A stretch of 64,000 bases of DNA from a virus, in the IMG/VR virus record IMGVR_UViG_3300025929_000003, positions 4,421-68,420 of that record; one strand, given 5' to 3'. Both the position numbers and the translations under genes were made by a program. The notes beneath the pieces were generated by a model. It was not told the origin of the DNA and did no database searches. It was given only the letters and a program-made list of their open reading frames with translations. This document shows positions 1-10,506 of this stretch, in pieces (the first letter of the stretch is position 1; every line of letters begins with the position of its first letter).

Positions 1-2
1 TT

Positions 3-137
3 GCAGTAGGTGATACTGCCGACCAATCGCTATTGGACAAGGAAATCATGTTCCACATTCAGTCGGCACAATCATTTGAATACAACGGTGTCAATTTAAA
101 GTTGATATTTGCCACCGATATCATCGCAATTCTATAA
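3..137 (+). CDS. GroES/Cpn10-like co-chaperonin, 3' part (truncated by window start)
   Basis: Hand translation AVGDTADQSLLDKEIMFHIQSAQSFEYNGVNLKLIFATDIIAIL* matches the Cpn10 pattern (AVG...F...G..L.I...DILAI). Confidence 0.6.
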   Translation, partial: AVGDTADQSLLDKEIMFHIQSAQSFEYNGVNLKLIFATDIIAIL

Positions 138-150
138 ACAAACATAAATC

Positions 151-546
151 ATGGCAAAGACAGCAAAAAAACCAGCAGCAGAGAAAGCGCCTAAAGCAGA
201 CGTTACTCCCAAAGAACCAACCACACCTACTGAGGTTCGCCCAGCACCGCCCGTAGAGAACGTGGTTGCACCACAACCTACTACAGAACCAGATGGCGTT
301 ACTCCCGTTAAGGAAGCGGAAGTACACACAGACGTGAAAACCGATGAAGGTGGTGAGCACCCCGACAATGGCACTCATCCGCATGATGGCGATGCCTTAA
401 ACCAAAACCAGCACATCGTACCAACGTTTGCTGAGGACTTGGCACCGCGCAAGGATGAGAGTAAGCCTACTGGCGAAAAGAAACAAGAAGCGATTGACCA
501 CGCCATTAAAAATCCTAATGGTATCGGCAATGAATGGCCGAGGTAA
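151..546 (+). CDS. Low-complexity Pro/Glu/Thr-rich hypothetical protein
   Basis: 131-aa ORF, A-rich upstream, followed by a terminator. Confidence 0.7.
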   Translation: MAKTAKKPAAEKAPKADVTPKEPTTPTEVRPAPPVENVVAPQPTTEPDGVTPVKEAEVHTDVKTDEGGEHPDNGTHPHDGDALNQNQHIVPTFAEDLAPRKDESKPTGEKKQEAIDHAIKNPNGIGNEWPR

Positions 547-567
547 TCTTATTTGACTGGAAAAAGG

Positions 568-595
568 AAAGGGGCTTGTTTAGAGCCCCTTTTTT
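568..595. terminator. Bidirectional intrinsic terminator
   Basis: AAAGGGGCT-TGTTTAG-AGCCCCTTT with T and A tracts, between converging genes. Confidence 0.8.
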
Positions 596-599
596 GTTG

Positions 600-2978
600 T
601 TATGCAGATTGTTTCTGAGGGTTGAGTGCCGCTTGCAATCGTATTGCGGCAAGTTGATTCTGCCCTCTGATAATTTCAAGTTGTAATTGGCTTTGTGCCT
701 GATGCTGTAATTTTTGAGCATCTAACTGGCTATCCACCTGACCTTGCACCTGTATGTTTTGCGCATCAATCTGACCTTTTTGTTGTGCAGATTGCTGTTG
801 CACCTGCGCATTTGACTGAATAGCTTGTTGAGCCTCTTGTTGCTGAGCCTGTTGACGCTTTTCAATAGCAAAGGCAGTATACAATTGGGCTTGTTTAATC
901 TTTCCTGATTTAATCATTTCGTAGATGCACAAATAATCGCTTTCATTGAGAGACTGTTGCCCACCTTGGCGCGCTGCGCTTTTCATGTTCTGCAAATCAG
1001 CCAATAATTGGTCTGCTTCGGCCTCATTATTCGTAATTTTTATGGTTAAATCAAAATCTCGTTCACTCATCTTACTGCCAATCTTCACAATTTGCAATGA
1101 CCGCGTAATCGACAATTGCTTTTTTTGTTCTTCGGGTAGGTAGGTAGCCACTATTTGCCACTTTTTAGCCGCTACGCGCCACGGTTGCTCTGTGATATAC
1201 TCATTTGCCTTAATGATTGGTGTTAAGGCGTTCTGTGCCCCCTGTATCAGTAAATTCGATACTCCCAAACCTGTTTGGCGTTGTGGGGTCTGCGCAGCGA
1301 ATACGTCATTGATACCCGTTACCTTTTCAATCATCTCAATGGATTTACCCATATCTTCCCACCATGCCTGAATAATGGACATTAAGTCGGTGCCGATAGG
1401 TTTAACTGCTTGCCCATTGTTGACTTGGTTGCCCCACTGGTTCTTGCTATCCGTAATCAGAAAGCCCTCATCGGATAACAGGCGCATTAAGGCTTGCGGT
1501 TTGTACTTCACCCCATCTATCTGCATACCCTCCAAAGCCGAACGGTCGATTTGAATATTCGGTGGCGCAGGCATCTTCATACGGGCTACCCTTAGCTTGT
1601 AGTTGGTTAAGTTGGCATCATCCACAAAACCTATACAGCGTTCCACCAATGATGATGTGCCGGTGCGTACAAAGCGATAAGGGAATATGGGTGTTTTGTT
1701 ACCGTAGATATCGGTTTCGTGGGTAATGTCATTATCCTCGCCATAGTCAAAAGTAAATCCCGAGCCGATAATCATTTTGGCTTTGTAAATGGTCATGTGG
1801 CTGTACTTATCCAGCGTCTTCCCATCGGCATTTTTAACCTTGGACAGGTCATAGGCATCATCTACCAAGTTCACCACAATACGCGTATCCTTTTTACGGG
1901 TAACAGACGTCACATTCACGTTCTTTTTACCTACCCAACGGCAATCGGCTACATCCACCTCTATTTGGTGCCACATGTTCATCCCGAACTGCCCTGTATT
2001 GCGGTAGGTTTGCATATCGGCATACATGTTCGGCATATTACCAACCATTCCCTCATTACTGTATTGACGAGCTATTTTTATCGCCTCTGCTTCGGTAATT
2101 TTGGTTTCTGCCAATAACCTTGCGATGCTGTAGCGTTTAACTTCCCCTGCCCAAGTAATATCATGGTAATCATCATAGATAGACCATGGCATCATTGCAC
2201 GATAAGGGTCAACATAATCCTCCATAACAATGGAAGTATTGGGATTAGTGTAAACACGCTTAGCGGCACGCCCAATAGTCAGCAAGTCATCTTTGATAAG
2301 GTCGGCTATGGCGTCTGATGAACTTTCGTACATCGTTTTATCCAGTAGGTTTTGCATGGCGGCTTCTTCTTCCAAAAAGAATACACCCACTTGCGCAGCT
2401 ACGTCCACTTGCTCGGGACTGCTGAATTTCATACCTCCCGGCATTTGCGCTGGTTCCTGGTCTTGCAAGACAGGTTGCCCTGTAGTTTGGTTGATATCTT
2501 GTTTAACTTGCTCTAAGCGCGGGTCGGCCAATATCTTTGCCATTGCCGCCATGGTTTGCTTGTCGACTAATGATTGATAATCGATAGCCTGAATATCCAC
2601 ATCGTAGTTTAGCTTTTGCAGGTAGCCCTTAACCACATCTATCTTTTGTGGCAGAATTTGCAACGGGTCCCAAGAAATGTTAATGGTGGTTTTATTACGC
2701 CTGCCATTATGGTCGCATCCCACCAGCAGGTCTTTGTACTTGTTAACGCTGTTTTTACCGCGCCTGTATGCCCTTAATTCTGGTATCGACCTTTGTTCGC
2801 CCCAAATATCATAGGGTATCCCACATCTATTGTTGAAGTATCTTGACAGGATTGCGTTTACACAAGCCTGAAAGTATTCGGGAGTGTTTTTTTGAGTTTG
2901 GTCAATATCTTCACTTGGAAATGGGTATTGTGACTTCCCCTGATATTGCGATGCGAATTTAATGGTCTCCATTTTCAA
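600..2978 (-). CDS. Portal protein (crAss-related type)
   Basis: 792 aa directly downstream of terminase; helical, Gln-rich C-terminal coiled coil. Confidence 0.8.
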   Translation of the reverse strand: MKMETIKFASQYQGKSQYPFPSEDIDQTQKNTPEYFQACVNAILSRYFNNRCGIPYDIWGEQRSIPELRAYRRGKNSVNKYKDLLVGCDHNGRRNKTTINISWDPLQILPQKIDVVKGYLQKLNYDVDIQAIDYQSLVDKQTMAAMAKILADPRLEQVKQDINQTTGQPVLQDQEPAQMPGGMKFSSPEQVDVAAQVGVFFLEEEAAMQNLLDKTMYESSSDAIADLIKDDLLTIGRAAKRVYTNPNTSIVMEDYVDPYRAMMPWSIYDDYHDITWAGEVKRYSIARLLAETKITEAEAIKIARQYSNEGMVGNMPNMYADMQTYRNTGQFGMNMWHQIEVDVADCRWVGKKNVNVTSVTRKKDTRIVVNLVDDAYDLSKVKNADGKTLDKYSHMTIYKAKMIIGSGFTFDYGEDNDITHETDIYGNKTPIFPYRFVRTGTSSLVERCIGFVDDANLTNYKLRVARMKMPAPPNIQIDRSALEGMQIDGVKYKPQALMRLLSDEGFLITDSKNQWGNQVNNGQAVKPIGTDLMSIIQAWWEDMGKSIEMIEKVTGINDVFAAQTPQRQTGLGVSNLLIQGAQNALTPIIKANEYITEQPWRVAAKKWQIVATYLPEEQKKQLSITRSLQIVKIGSKMSERDFDLTIKITNNEAEADQLLADLQNMKSAARQGGQQSLNESDYLCIYEMIKSGKIKQAQLYTAFAIEKRQQAQQQEAQQAIQSNAQVQQQSAQQKGQIDAQNIQVQGQVDSQLDAQKLQHQAQSQLQLEIIRGQNQLAAIRLQAALNPQKQSA

Positions 2979-3029
2979 AACGGGATTATTTTTCGATAAA
3001 GCTAATTTATTATTTTCAATAATTAAAAA

Positions 3030-5129
3030 CTACACAGATTGCATGACGAACCACTCTGCCTCTTTGGATGTTTCTTCGTGGGTCGGCAACCTACTAAATT
3101 TCTTTTCACAGGCGATTAAACACCATCCCATGGCGCAAAGTAGGTCAAATTTCGTTCTGTTCTTTTTATTCCCCTCCAATAACTGTAATATGATGCGTTT
3201 ATGCTTCAAAGCGTTGCTGTACATCATCACATAGTGGGCAATTGCCATGAAATACTGGTCAATGGTGTCGGTAGTAGCGGGAGTGCCAATCTGGTTGGTC
3301 GTAGAATACCTTGACTTTTCATCCATAGTACTTTCGGGACGTGCCATTAAAAACTCTGCATATCCTCGTTGCCTAAAGTGTTTTTTGATGGCTTGCTTAT
3401 TGTTTTCCACATTCATCTGTGTGCCATAGTAAACGTGCATCATCAGCATATCCTCAAAAAATACATCGGGGTCATCCTCACGGCAAAGGTAATCACATAC
3501 TGGCTGCTTAGAACGCCATTCCCAGCCCCAATCTATAGGTGCACCGTCTTGTATTTTAGCGCCATCCTCATTGTCGTCAAACAATCGCATGATAACACCC
3601 GCACCTTTAGACGCTCTCGCTTGGTCAACTACTGAATCGTGCTCATAAGGGTCACAACCACCCCTAAACTTATGAAGATTACCGGGATATCGTTGACCGC
3701 CTGAGTTTATGACATTGTTATCCTCTCCGTCTTTGAGCAATTGTGATACTTCAAACTTACCATTCTCATCTTCCAAAAATATCACACGACTATCAGGGGT
3801 ACCACCTGACCAAATGAAGTTACCGCGCACCGTCCATTCCTTTTCTTCAAAGCCATAGGATGCCGGGAAGTTCAGGCGCTTTAGAATATCGGTTAGTCGC
3901 TCGATATTAAATGCAGATTGTGAACCCGAGGGTGTTAAAGCATCTTCAATCGTGCGTGGCGTCTTACGCAGCAAGTCCGTAATCATGGTGAATTTCTTGC
4001 GCTTCTTTAAGTTTTCGATTTGGTTCTCCAAAAACTCTTTTGCCGCTTCTTTCATCGGGAAGCCAAACTCATCTTCTTCCGCTGCATCTTCGTAGGAGAT
4101 AAAGATGGCATATAGCCCTGTTACCGTTCTACCGTTCTCATCACGCTCATCGGGGTTACTGTCTTTGTAAAACTCGCCCACTTCTTCAATCTGTTCGTCG
4201 TTTACTTCCTCAATAGTAGTTTCACCCCACCCCTTACCGACAATAAGTGCCCCGTGGTTATAGTGCATACAGGGTTTTACTTTATCCCAATTCTTTACCA
4301 AACTCATTTTTTCCAGTTTCCCAGCCTCGTTGATAATCCAGCGGTTCAATTCAACCCTATCATAAGCGCCAGCGATAGACGCCTGAAAATCTATCCATGA
4401 GTTCATCTCAATCTCAGAGTACACCACTTCTTCTTCTTCGACGCTTGCAGCACGTTCCCGCACCTTTTTATCGGTGTTTACCGAAGATGGGTACATATAC
4501 TCCAACTTATCCTTTGGCATTTCAGAGCCGCGGTGTACGGGCTTCATAAACCATATGAGGTGCTTGTTAGCAAAGGCAATACGGTCAAAGTTTTCGGCAG
4601 CGGCGTCATCATTTTTGGACTGCATACCACCACGGGTATTCCTTACCCTGCTAATAAATTCCAGCATTAAACCCAAGGTGAACTCAGTTTTACCGATACG
4701 CCGTGGCCCGACAAGGAAAGCGCCGTAGCTGTTAATGTCGCGCACCACCATGTCCCAAAACAAAAAAATCAGACACTGAATGTATCTGAAACCAGGCTGG
4801 CTACTATTACTCATCATTGTCCAGTAGTTCAAGAACCAGTAATAGGGGCCGGTGATGTAGATGGGCTTGCCGTTTATCAAAATCCAAATACCGTTATAGC
4901 GTTTGTGGTATTCGCCTTTGATAAATTCCTGTTCTTCGGGGGTGATTTGGCTTTTGTACTTGCGGAGAGACTTTGGTATTTCTGTTTTGCGAAATTTTTG
5001 TTCTGCTGAGGGTAATCCGTAGTTCACCATTTCTGATTTTGGTGGCATGACAGGCAGCGGGATAGTGTACTTATCCAGTTTGATATAGCCTGATGGCTTG
5101 CTGTAATCAAGGTTATATAGTTTTCCCAT
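3030..5129 (-). CDS. terL: Terminase large subunit
   Basis: Walker A-like VGPRRIGKT, Walker B-like WIINEAGK, nuclease-domain motifs GGCDPY and FDLLCAMG. Confidence 0.85.
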   Translation of the reverse strand: MGKLYNLDYSKPSGYIKLDKYTIPLPVMPPKSEMVNYGLPSAEQKFRKTEIPKSLRKYKSQITPEEQEFIKGEYHKRYNGIWILINGKPIYITGPYYWFLNYWTMMSNSSQPGFRYIQCLIFLFWDMVVRDINSYGAFLVGPRRIGKTEFTLGLMLEFISRVRNTRGGMQSKNDDAAAENFDRIAFANKHLIWFMKPVHRGSEMPKDKLEYMYPSSVNTDKKVRERAASVEEEEVVYSEIEMNSWIDFQASIAGAYDRVELNRWIINEAGKLEKMSLVKNWDKVKPCMHYNHGALIVGKGWGETTIEEVNDEQIEEVGEFYKDSNPDERDENGRTVTGLYAIFISYEDAAEEDEFGFPMKEAAKEFLENQIENLKKRKKFTMITDLLRKTPRTIEDALTPSGSQSAFNIERLTDILKRLNFPASYGFEEKEWTVRGNFIWSGGTPDSRVIFLEDENGKFEVSQLLKDGEDNNVINSGGQRYPGNLHKFRGGCDPYEHDSVVDQARASKGAGVIMRLFDDNEDGAKIQDGAPIDWGWEWRSKQPVCDYLCREDDPDVFFEDMLMMHVYYGTQMNVENNKQAIKKHFRQRGYAEFLMARPESTMDEKSRYSTTNQIGTPATTDTIDQYFMAIAHYVMMYSNALKHKRIILQLLEGNKKNRTKFDLLCAMGWCLIACEKKFSRLPTHEETSKEAEWFVMQSV

Positions 5130-5722
5130 TATACCACCGATTTCATTTGGGCGTACATTTCTGCGGGTTGCAATAGCTTCGCCAACTGTTTCCTAATTTT
5201 GTTTCGGGTTGGGATATCGGTGAACACCTGCGCTTCATACTCCACGAGGTCATTGTAAATGGTTTTAAGCTGGTTGTCCAACGTTGCCCGTTTGGTCATA
5301 TCCGCAACCATCTGCACCATATCCTTGCTCACGGGTGCCGCGCGAAGCGATATACTGATGTAGTGGAACATTCTTAGCTTGTTAGACCACATGACGTAGG
5401 CAAGGTTATCGCAAAGCATGAAAAACCTGTTCACCATGTTCTCGTACACCGAATTAGTGCCCATGGATAGTTCTGCCAGTAACTTGTTGTCTTTTATTTT
5501 AAGGAACTCGAATATCTTTAGGAGGCGCTTCTCGTAGTCTTCCCGCTCCAACTTCACAAAGGGGCTATTCTCATCCGTGGCAAACATGGCGATACGTAAT
5601 AGGTTATCGTAATCCACATGAGCGAACTCATCGTACTCCGCCAAGTCGGGGTATTTTTCAATCACTGGCGTTTTAGGGGACAGGTCGGCTATCTGGTAAC
5701 GCATCTTTGCGGTATCTATCAT
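5129..5722 (-). CDS. Putative terminase small subunit
   Basis: 197 aa helical protein overlapping the terL start; positional inference only. Confidence 0.45.
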   Translation of the reverse strand: MIDTAKMRYQIADLSPKTPVIEKYPDLAEYDEFAHVDYDNLLRIAMFATDENSPFVKLEREDYEKRLLKIFEFLKIKDNKLLAELSMGTNSVYENMVNRFFMLCDNLAYVMWSNKLRMFHYISISLRAAPVSKDMVQMVADMTKRATLDNQLKTIYNDLVEYEAQVFTDIPTRNKIRKQLAKLLQPAEMYAQMKSVV

Positions 5723-6504
5723 GCCGCATCCTCCAATACCGCCAAAATGTATTTCTGATAAACGACCTCAACATTCTTAATATCCCCGCCGTGCAGGTCA
5801 TAAGCCATCTTGTAACCGAAGCGTTTGTCCACTAAGATGCGGTCGCCAACCCTTAAACCCATATCGCCCGTGTCTCCGCCATCCAAATAAGCCCGTACAG
5901 GCGACGATAATGCCAAAATGGTACCAATATTCGATTCATAACCTTTAACGTTCTGTACGACAGTTAAACCACTGTCTGTGGTATATTCTGATGCCAGTTG
6001 GTCTCGCTTAAAGAACACATAGCCGTTTACGGGGATTATTTCGCCATCTTTTTGGTAGCCAAATACCATATCCATTGAGATAAGGAGACAGTACCCATAT
6101 TCTTCGGTTTCCACCACCCGATATTCTTCCTGTGCTGAGAGTTGAACGTTGTAGTTGTAGTAAATCTTATCGCCAACATTGTATGGGTGGTCACAGTCCA
6201 CCTGTAGTGATGCCTGTATCTGCGAGGCCAACTCAGGCTGGCTCATTTCAGCATCTTTATCGCAGAAAAATGTGGTTTTTGGCTTTTTGATGACGGTGCC
6301 ACTGATGGAGAAGTGGTTTACCGCGTGTTCATCGAAGGAGATAAGTTGAATTTCTACTTTTTTACCTTCGGGGCCGTCAAGGACGATGAGGTCATAGTTA
6401 GGACTTGCTTTTACCAGTAATTTGTTAGAGACCACTTCAAATGTGGCAAGATTTACCTTTTCGATTAACATACTTTGTGCTTTTGTGTACAACAAATATA
6501 TCAT
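5719..6504 (-). CDS. Tandem GroES-like co-chaperonin
   Basis: Two Cpn10-like repeats: NKLLV...GTVI...VGDKIYY and PVNGYVFFK...GTILAL...VGDRILV...QKYILAVL. Confidence 0.7.
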   Translation of the reverse strand: MIYLLYTKAQSMLIEKVNLATFEVVSNKLLVKASPNYDLIVLDGPEGKKVEIQLISFDEHAVNHFSISGTVIKKPKTTFFCDKDAEMSQPELASQIQASLQVDCDHPYNVGDKIYYNYNVQLSAQEEYRVVETEEYGYCLLISMDMVFGYQKDGEIIPVNGYVFFKRDQLASEYTTDSGLTVVQNVKGYESNIGTILALSSPVRAYLDGGDTGDMGLRVGDRILVDKRFGYKMAYDLHGGDIKNVEVVYQKYILAVLEDAA

Positions 6505-6529
6505 TAAGTAAATTAATTCTACAAGTTTG

Positions 6530-6537
6530 TATATTTG
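6530..6537 (+). promoter_or_regulatory. Bacteroidota sigmaA -7 box
   Basis: TATATTTG (TAnnTTTG) upstream of the 6583 ORF. Confidence 0.55.
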
Positions 6538-6582
6538 GCATCAACGGGCAAGGCAATGTCGCCCCACCGAAATCATCATATC

Positions 6583-7071
6583 ATGGGCTTATTAAGCGTA
6601 ACTCTGCTGGCTATCGACGGGTCAGCAAACACCACCACAATTTATTTAAATCCGGATTATATTATCCGTGTTCGTCCAGCCAGCGCGACTGAGATTACAA
6701 ATTTTCCAACGGCGTTAACGAGTATTACCATCAAGGATTTAACCTATCAAAGTCCTGTTGAACGCAAATACTTAACAGCGACTGCTACGGCAACGGTAGC
6801 ATCAGCCATAGCATCGGCTCAGTCTGGCGTATTAGGTTCTGGCGTATCAGGTCAAACTACTTTGGTTGCCGGTACCAAAGCAATCACCATTACTGGCTTA
6901 ACTACTTCAAGTTTGGCTTTTGTGCAATTGGTAACACCTAACACCGCTTCTTCTACCATTCAGTACAAGGCGGTATGTACTGCAAACACGTTAACAATTA
7001 CAGCACTTGTGGCTGCAGGAACTATCAACGCATCTGATGTTTCTACTGTTAACTACGCAATTTTAGGCTAA
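6583..7071 (+). CDS. Thr/Ala-rich beta-strand virion or fibre-like protein
   Basis: Likely start MGLLSVT at 6583 (after the promoter); C-terminal TLVAGTKAIT...VNYAILG resembles phage fibre/decoration domains. Confidence 0.5.
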   Translation: MGLLSVTLLAIDGSANTTTIYLNPDYIIRVRPASATEITNFPTALTSITIKDLTYQSPVERKYLTATATATVASAIASAQSGVLGSGVSGQTTLVAGTKAITITGLTTSSLAFVQLVTPNTASSTIQYKAVCTANTLTITALVAAGTINASDVSTVNYAILG

Positions 7072-7094
7072 ATCGGTTAACCACCAAAAAGAGA

Positions 7095-7124
7095 AGCCCT
7101 GCTGATTATAGCGGGGCTTTTTTA
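7095..7124 (+). terminator. Intrinsic terminator
   Basis: AAGCCCTGCT-GATTAT-AGCGGGGCTT then TTT. Confidence 0.7.
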
Positions 7125-7366
7125 TTCCACTTGTTCATATCATCTCTGAGTTTATCCATAAGCTCTTTATTTTTCCTCTCTGGCTCGTTCAGCCAATACT
7201 CAATCTTATCGGCGTTCGATAAAAGTTCTGTCAGGCTGTTATTGGGCAACGTCTGTGCCGCCTGTAACGCTATCAAGTGATAGTTGGGGCGCTCTTTCTC
7301 TGTTTTAAAAACAAATGGTTGCCTTTTCATGTCATCAATAAGGATTTTTGCATCTTCGTCTGTCAT
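7106..7366 (-). CDS. Hypothetical protein
   Basis: 86-aa ORF in the operon. Confidence 0.65.
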   Translation of the reverse strand: MTDEDAKILIDDMKRQPFVFKTEKERPNYHLIALQAAQTLPNNSLTELLSNADKIEYWLNEPERKNKELMDKLRDDMNKWNKKAPL

Positions 7367-7367
7367 C

Positions 7368-7499
7368 TTAAAATAGTTTTAATTGTTGATTATTCATATT
7401 TTCTTTCGCTATGCACGCCAAGATAACGCGCTCCAAGGTCTTTAGCCCGTGTTTACGGGCGTAGGCTAATTCGGCGTATTTGATGTCGAGGTAGGTCAT
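7368..7499 (-). CDS. Small hypothetical protein (43 aa)
   Basis: Hand-found ORF MTYLDIKYAELAYARKHG...QLKLF fills the gap exactly. Confidence 0.55.
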   Translation of the reverse strand: MTYLDIKYAELAYARKHGLKTLERVILACIAKENMNNQQLKLF

Positions 7500-7500
7500 A

Positions 7501-8436
7501 TCAAAATAATAAGCCTTGGTTTAAAACTGGCTGTATCCGTTTGTTTGCAATGGCTAAATACTCAGCGCTCATTTCACTCCCAATAAATAACCTGTCGGTT
7601 CTCAGTGCCATTAAGGCAGTAGTGCCACTTCCCATAAAAGGGTCATAGATTATACCCCCCTTAGGACATCCTGCCAATACTGGCTTTTTTAGAAGTTCGT
7701 CGTTATACTGTGCATAATGGTCGGCACTTGATGGCTTAGTGGGTATATCCCAAAAATCTGATATGGTGCCGGGATTTTTAATAGCATAGTTGTTTTCTTT
7801 TAACCCACCCATTTTTGTGCGCCCGGGCGTATTGTTTAGACGGGTGGTGTCCCTGTCGCGGATATTAAAATCAATTGTTTTAGTTTTATCCTTTACTGAT
7901 TCTAAGTCAAAATAATAATCGGTTGATTTTGTCATGAAGAAAAAATATTCATGTTTCTTGCTGAACCTATCTGTTACACTTTCGGGCATTCCATTCCGTT
8001 TTGCCCAAACAATGTCATTCCGTACAACCCATCCACGATCTATACAGCCTATTGCAAAACGATGCGGTAAAAGCAAAAGGCACTTATGAAGTGATTTTGG
8101 TTGTTTTATTGGTGTTTCAAAAGCACCGTATTTACTTTCCTTACTTTCAAAATTATCTTGTGCTAAAGCCATCCCTCCGGATTGTGTGCCATAAGTATCG
8201 CCAAGATTTATCCAACATGTGCCACTTGGTTTAAGTGCCAAATAAATTAAATCCATCATCTCCCAAAGGTGTTCAAGGTATAATTGGAATGTTGGCTCTA
8301 ACCCCCATTGCCCGTCATAGCCGTAGTCTCTAAGTTGCCAGTAAGGCGGCGAAGTGATTACACAATCAATACTATTTGGCTCGAAACGTTTTAGTGTTTC
8401 TAAGCAAGGTTCATTGTAAATCTTATTTGTTTCCAT
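7501..8436 (-). CDS. Orphan N4-cytosine/N6-adenine DNA methyltransferase (beta class)
   Basis: Motif IV VITSPPY precedes motif I DPFMGSGTT. Confidence 0.9.
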   Translation of the reverse strand: METNKIYNEPCLETLKRFEPNSIDCVITSPPYWQLRDYGYDGQWGLEPTFQLYLEHLWEMMDLIYLALKPSGTCWINLGDTYGTQSGGMALAQDNFESKESKYGAFETPIKQPKSLHKCLLLLPHRFAIGCIDRGWVVRNDIVWAKRNGMPESVTDRFSKKHEYFFFMTKSTDYYFDLESVKDKTKTIDFNIRDRDTTRLNNTPGRTKMGGLKENNYAIKNPGTISDFWDIPTKPSSADHYAQYNDELLKKPVLAGCPKGGIIYDPFMGSGTTALMALRTDRLFIGSEMSAEYLAIANKRIQPVLNQGLLF

Positions 8437-8489
8437 CTATCATTTGTTGTGTAAAGCAGTAAATTTTTGAATAGTCGTTGGTGAATTTG

Positions 8490-8693
8490 TTAAAATCGAA
8501 AGTATGTTGCTCTTTTAACTCGTTTATAATCGTTAGAAAACTCTACTCCGGGATTATTGTCATCAATATACATTTTTACCGCTGAGATAAAATCTTCTTG
8601 TTTATTTGACGGTATTGAATCTATAGAGATATGATGCCCTATTTCGAGTTTGTCAAGGTGATTTTTAACCTTATCGTAAAATTTATGTGTCAT
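8490..8693 (-). CDS. Hypothetical protein
   Basis: 67-aa ORF in the operon. Confidence 0.6.
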   Translation of the reverse strand: MTHKFYDKVKNHLDKLEIGHHISIDSIPSNKQEDFISAVKMYIDDNNPGVEFSNDYKRVKRATYFRF

Positions 8694-8696
8694 GTC

Positions 8697-10505
8697 TTAA
8701 AATGGTAAAGGGTCTGAATCGTCGTCATCATCAAAACTTATCTTAATCTCTTTGGTAGGGTGCACTAATGGCATTTCTAATTGTTCTGTCACAACCTTTT
8801 CTTCCAGCCAGTTTGAGTTATCCCAATCACCATTCAGATTGTTAAACCTTGAATTGTTAATGTTGTACTTAACCTCTACGGTACCGACTGAACCTAAATG
8901 ATTATATTTTATTTTCTGTACGTGGATTTCATTATTGCCCGTTTTAAAGTTTCGGTAAAATGAAATACCTAAATCAACCTTATTGTACCAGTTGGATGAG
9001 CCACTAATATCATAAAGGGTCGGCACCTCAAACAACTTCGTGCGCAAGTCTTTCTTGATTTTAGTTGGGTGTGCAACTATGATTGTGAAAACATCATTCC
9101 TTTGGTCAAATTTAATTATTTGGTCAATCTGCTTAGAAATATAGTTTGTTTCACTTTCCCCTTTCTCCAATAGGTGTTCTAACTTATTCCACGGGTCAAT
9201 AAGTAGTCCCCTGATACCTTTGCGAACCACCAAATCCTTAGCTATTTGCAAAATATTTGAAACGCTTAGGTTTTCATCGGATGGTTCAATAAAAAAGAAG
9301 TGCTCATTGATAAATGATTTTACTTTTTCAATCTCCCCGTTGCTGTAACTATTGCCGCGCCTAAGGTGCTTCCCAAGCAAACATTCACATATTTTGGCGA
9401 TGAATAATGCCATAGGCTTATGCTCGGGGGAGAATAATCCCCACTTCCACTTATACTTAACAGATAGTGCACACATTATTTGAAGAGCGAATGGGCTTTT
9501 ACCGTGATTTGGAATACCTGTAAGCGCCATAAGCTGTCCCGGTAATATAGAAACAATCTCATCAAACTCGTCAAGCACGCCAGTGGTGTAACCCCGACTA
9601 AGTCCATTTTGGAGATAGTTATCTAATTCATCCCATAGCATATCTGCAGTAACGATGCCATCAATTGGGAACTCTATCAGGTTTTCTGTAACGAGAACAT
9701 CTTTAAGTGTTGCACCATGGGCTTTCAGATAGTCATTAGCATCCTTGTACTCACCAAAGTTTACCTTAAAGCATCTTTCATGCCCCAAACGCCTTGCTAA
9801 TTCTTCTCTAAGCGCTAAACCTGGTTCATCATTATCTGTGGCGAGGATTATTTTGGTTTTGTTTTGAAAGTAATCAATACAGTTGTCGAGATATTCTAAA
9901 TTTAAACCCCCTTTAGATGCACCGTTAGGTACGCTGACAACTTCTTTAACGCCAGCCTCCCAAAAGGCCAATTTATCCATCTCACCCTCTACAACGACAC
10001 ACCATGTGCTGTCTTTGATGTCATCCAATCCATAAAAAATCAATTCGGCGTTCTTTACCATTCTGAAATTTTTATCGGAATCTCGGTACTTGACGTTTAT
10101 CAACTCCCCATTTCTTAAATAATTGAAGTCTATGGCATTCCTTTCGGCGTTAACCTGTGGAAAGAATTGTTTTGAGCAGGTTATCCTGCAGTCGATAAGT
10201 GTTTGCTGGCTCAGTTGTCGCTTATCCCAAAACCATTTCACAATGGCGTCATTCAATTCTGTGCGGTTATGGAAAACTGGTTTGAAATATTCTTTCTGCT
10301 TTGGTTCATACTGTGCTTTCAAAACTCGGCCTGTATTGTCGCAACCCGGATTATGGCAATAATACACACCAGTGTCTATGTTCACATTTAAACATGGCTC
10401 ATTTTTCTTTTTGCGGGTGTGGGAGCATTTTGGGCATAAAACCTTTTCGCTACCTGAGTTTCTTTTTACAATTATGCCTATGGCGGCTAATAAATCTTTT
10501 GTCAT
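8697..10505 (-). CDS. Primase-helicase (T7 gp4/Twinkle-like)
   Basis: Zn finger CPKC..C, Toprim VVEGEMD and ATDNDEPG, Walker A TGIPNHGKS, LLIDPWN, IVAHP. Confidence 0.9.
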   Translation of the reverse strand: MTKDLLAAIGIIVKRNSGSEKVLCPKCSHTRKKKNEPCLNVNIDTGVYYCHNPGCDNTGRVLKAQYEPKQKEYFKPVFHNRTELNDAIVKWFWDKRQLSQQTLIDCRITCSKQFFPQVNAERNAIDFNYLRNGELINVKYRDSDKNFRMVKNAELIFYGLDDIKDSTWCVVVEGEMDKLAFWEAGVKEVVSVPNGASKGGLNLEYLDNCIDYFQNKTKIILATDNDEPGLALREELARRLGHERCFKVNFGEYKDANDYLKAHGATLKDVLVTENLIEFPIDGIVTADMLWDELDNYLQNGLSRGYTTGVLDEFDEIVSILPGQLMALTGIPNHGKSPFALQIMCALSVKYKWKWGLFSPEHKPMALFIAKICECLLGKHLRRGNSYSNGEIEKVKSFINEHFFFIEPSDENLSVSNILQIAKDLVVRKGIRGLLIDPWNKLEHLLEKGESETNYISKQIDQIIKFDQRNDVFTIIVAHPTKIKKDLRTKLFEVPTLYDISGSSNWYNKVDLGISFYRNFKTGNNEIHVQKIKYNHLGSVGTVEVKYNINNSRFNNLNGDWDNSNWLEEKVVTEQLEMPLVHPTKEIKISFDDDDDSDPLPF

Positions 10506-10506
10506 G

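Noticed and set aside
6217-6226. TGCGAGGCC match to switch 1 leader as a trans target
   Set aside because: A 9-nt match is expected by chance in 64 kb
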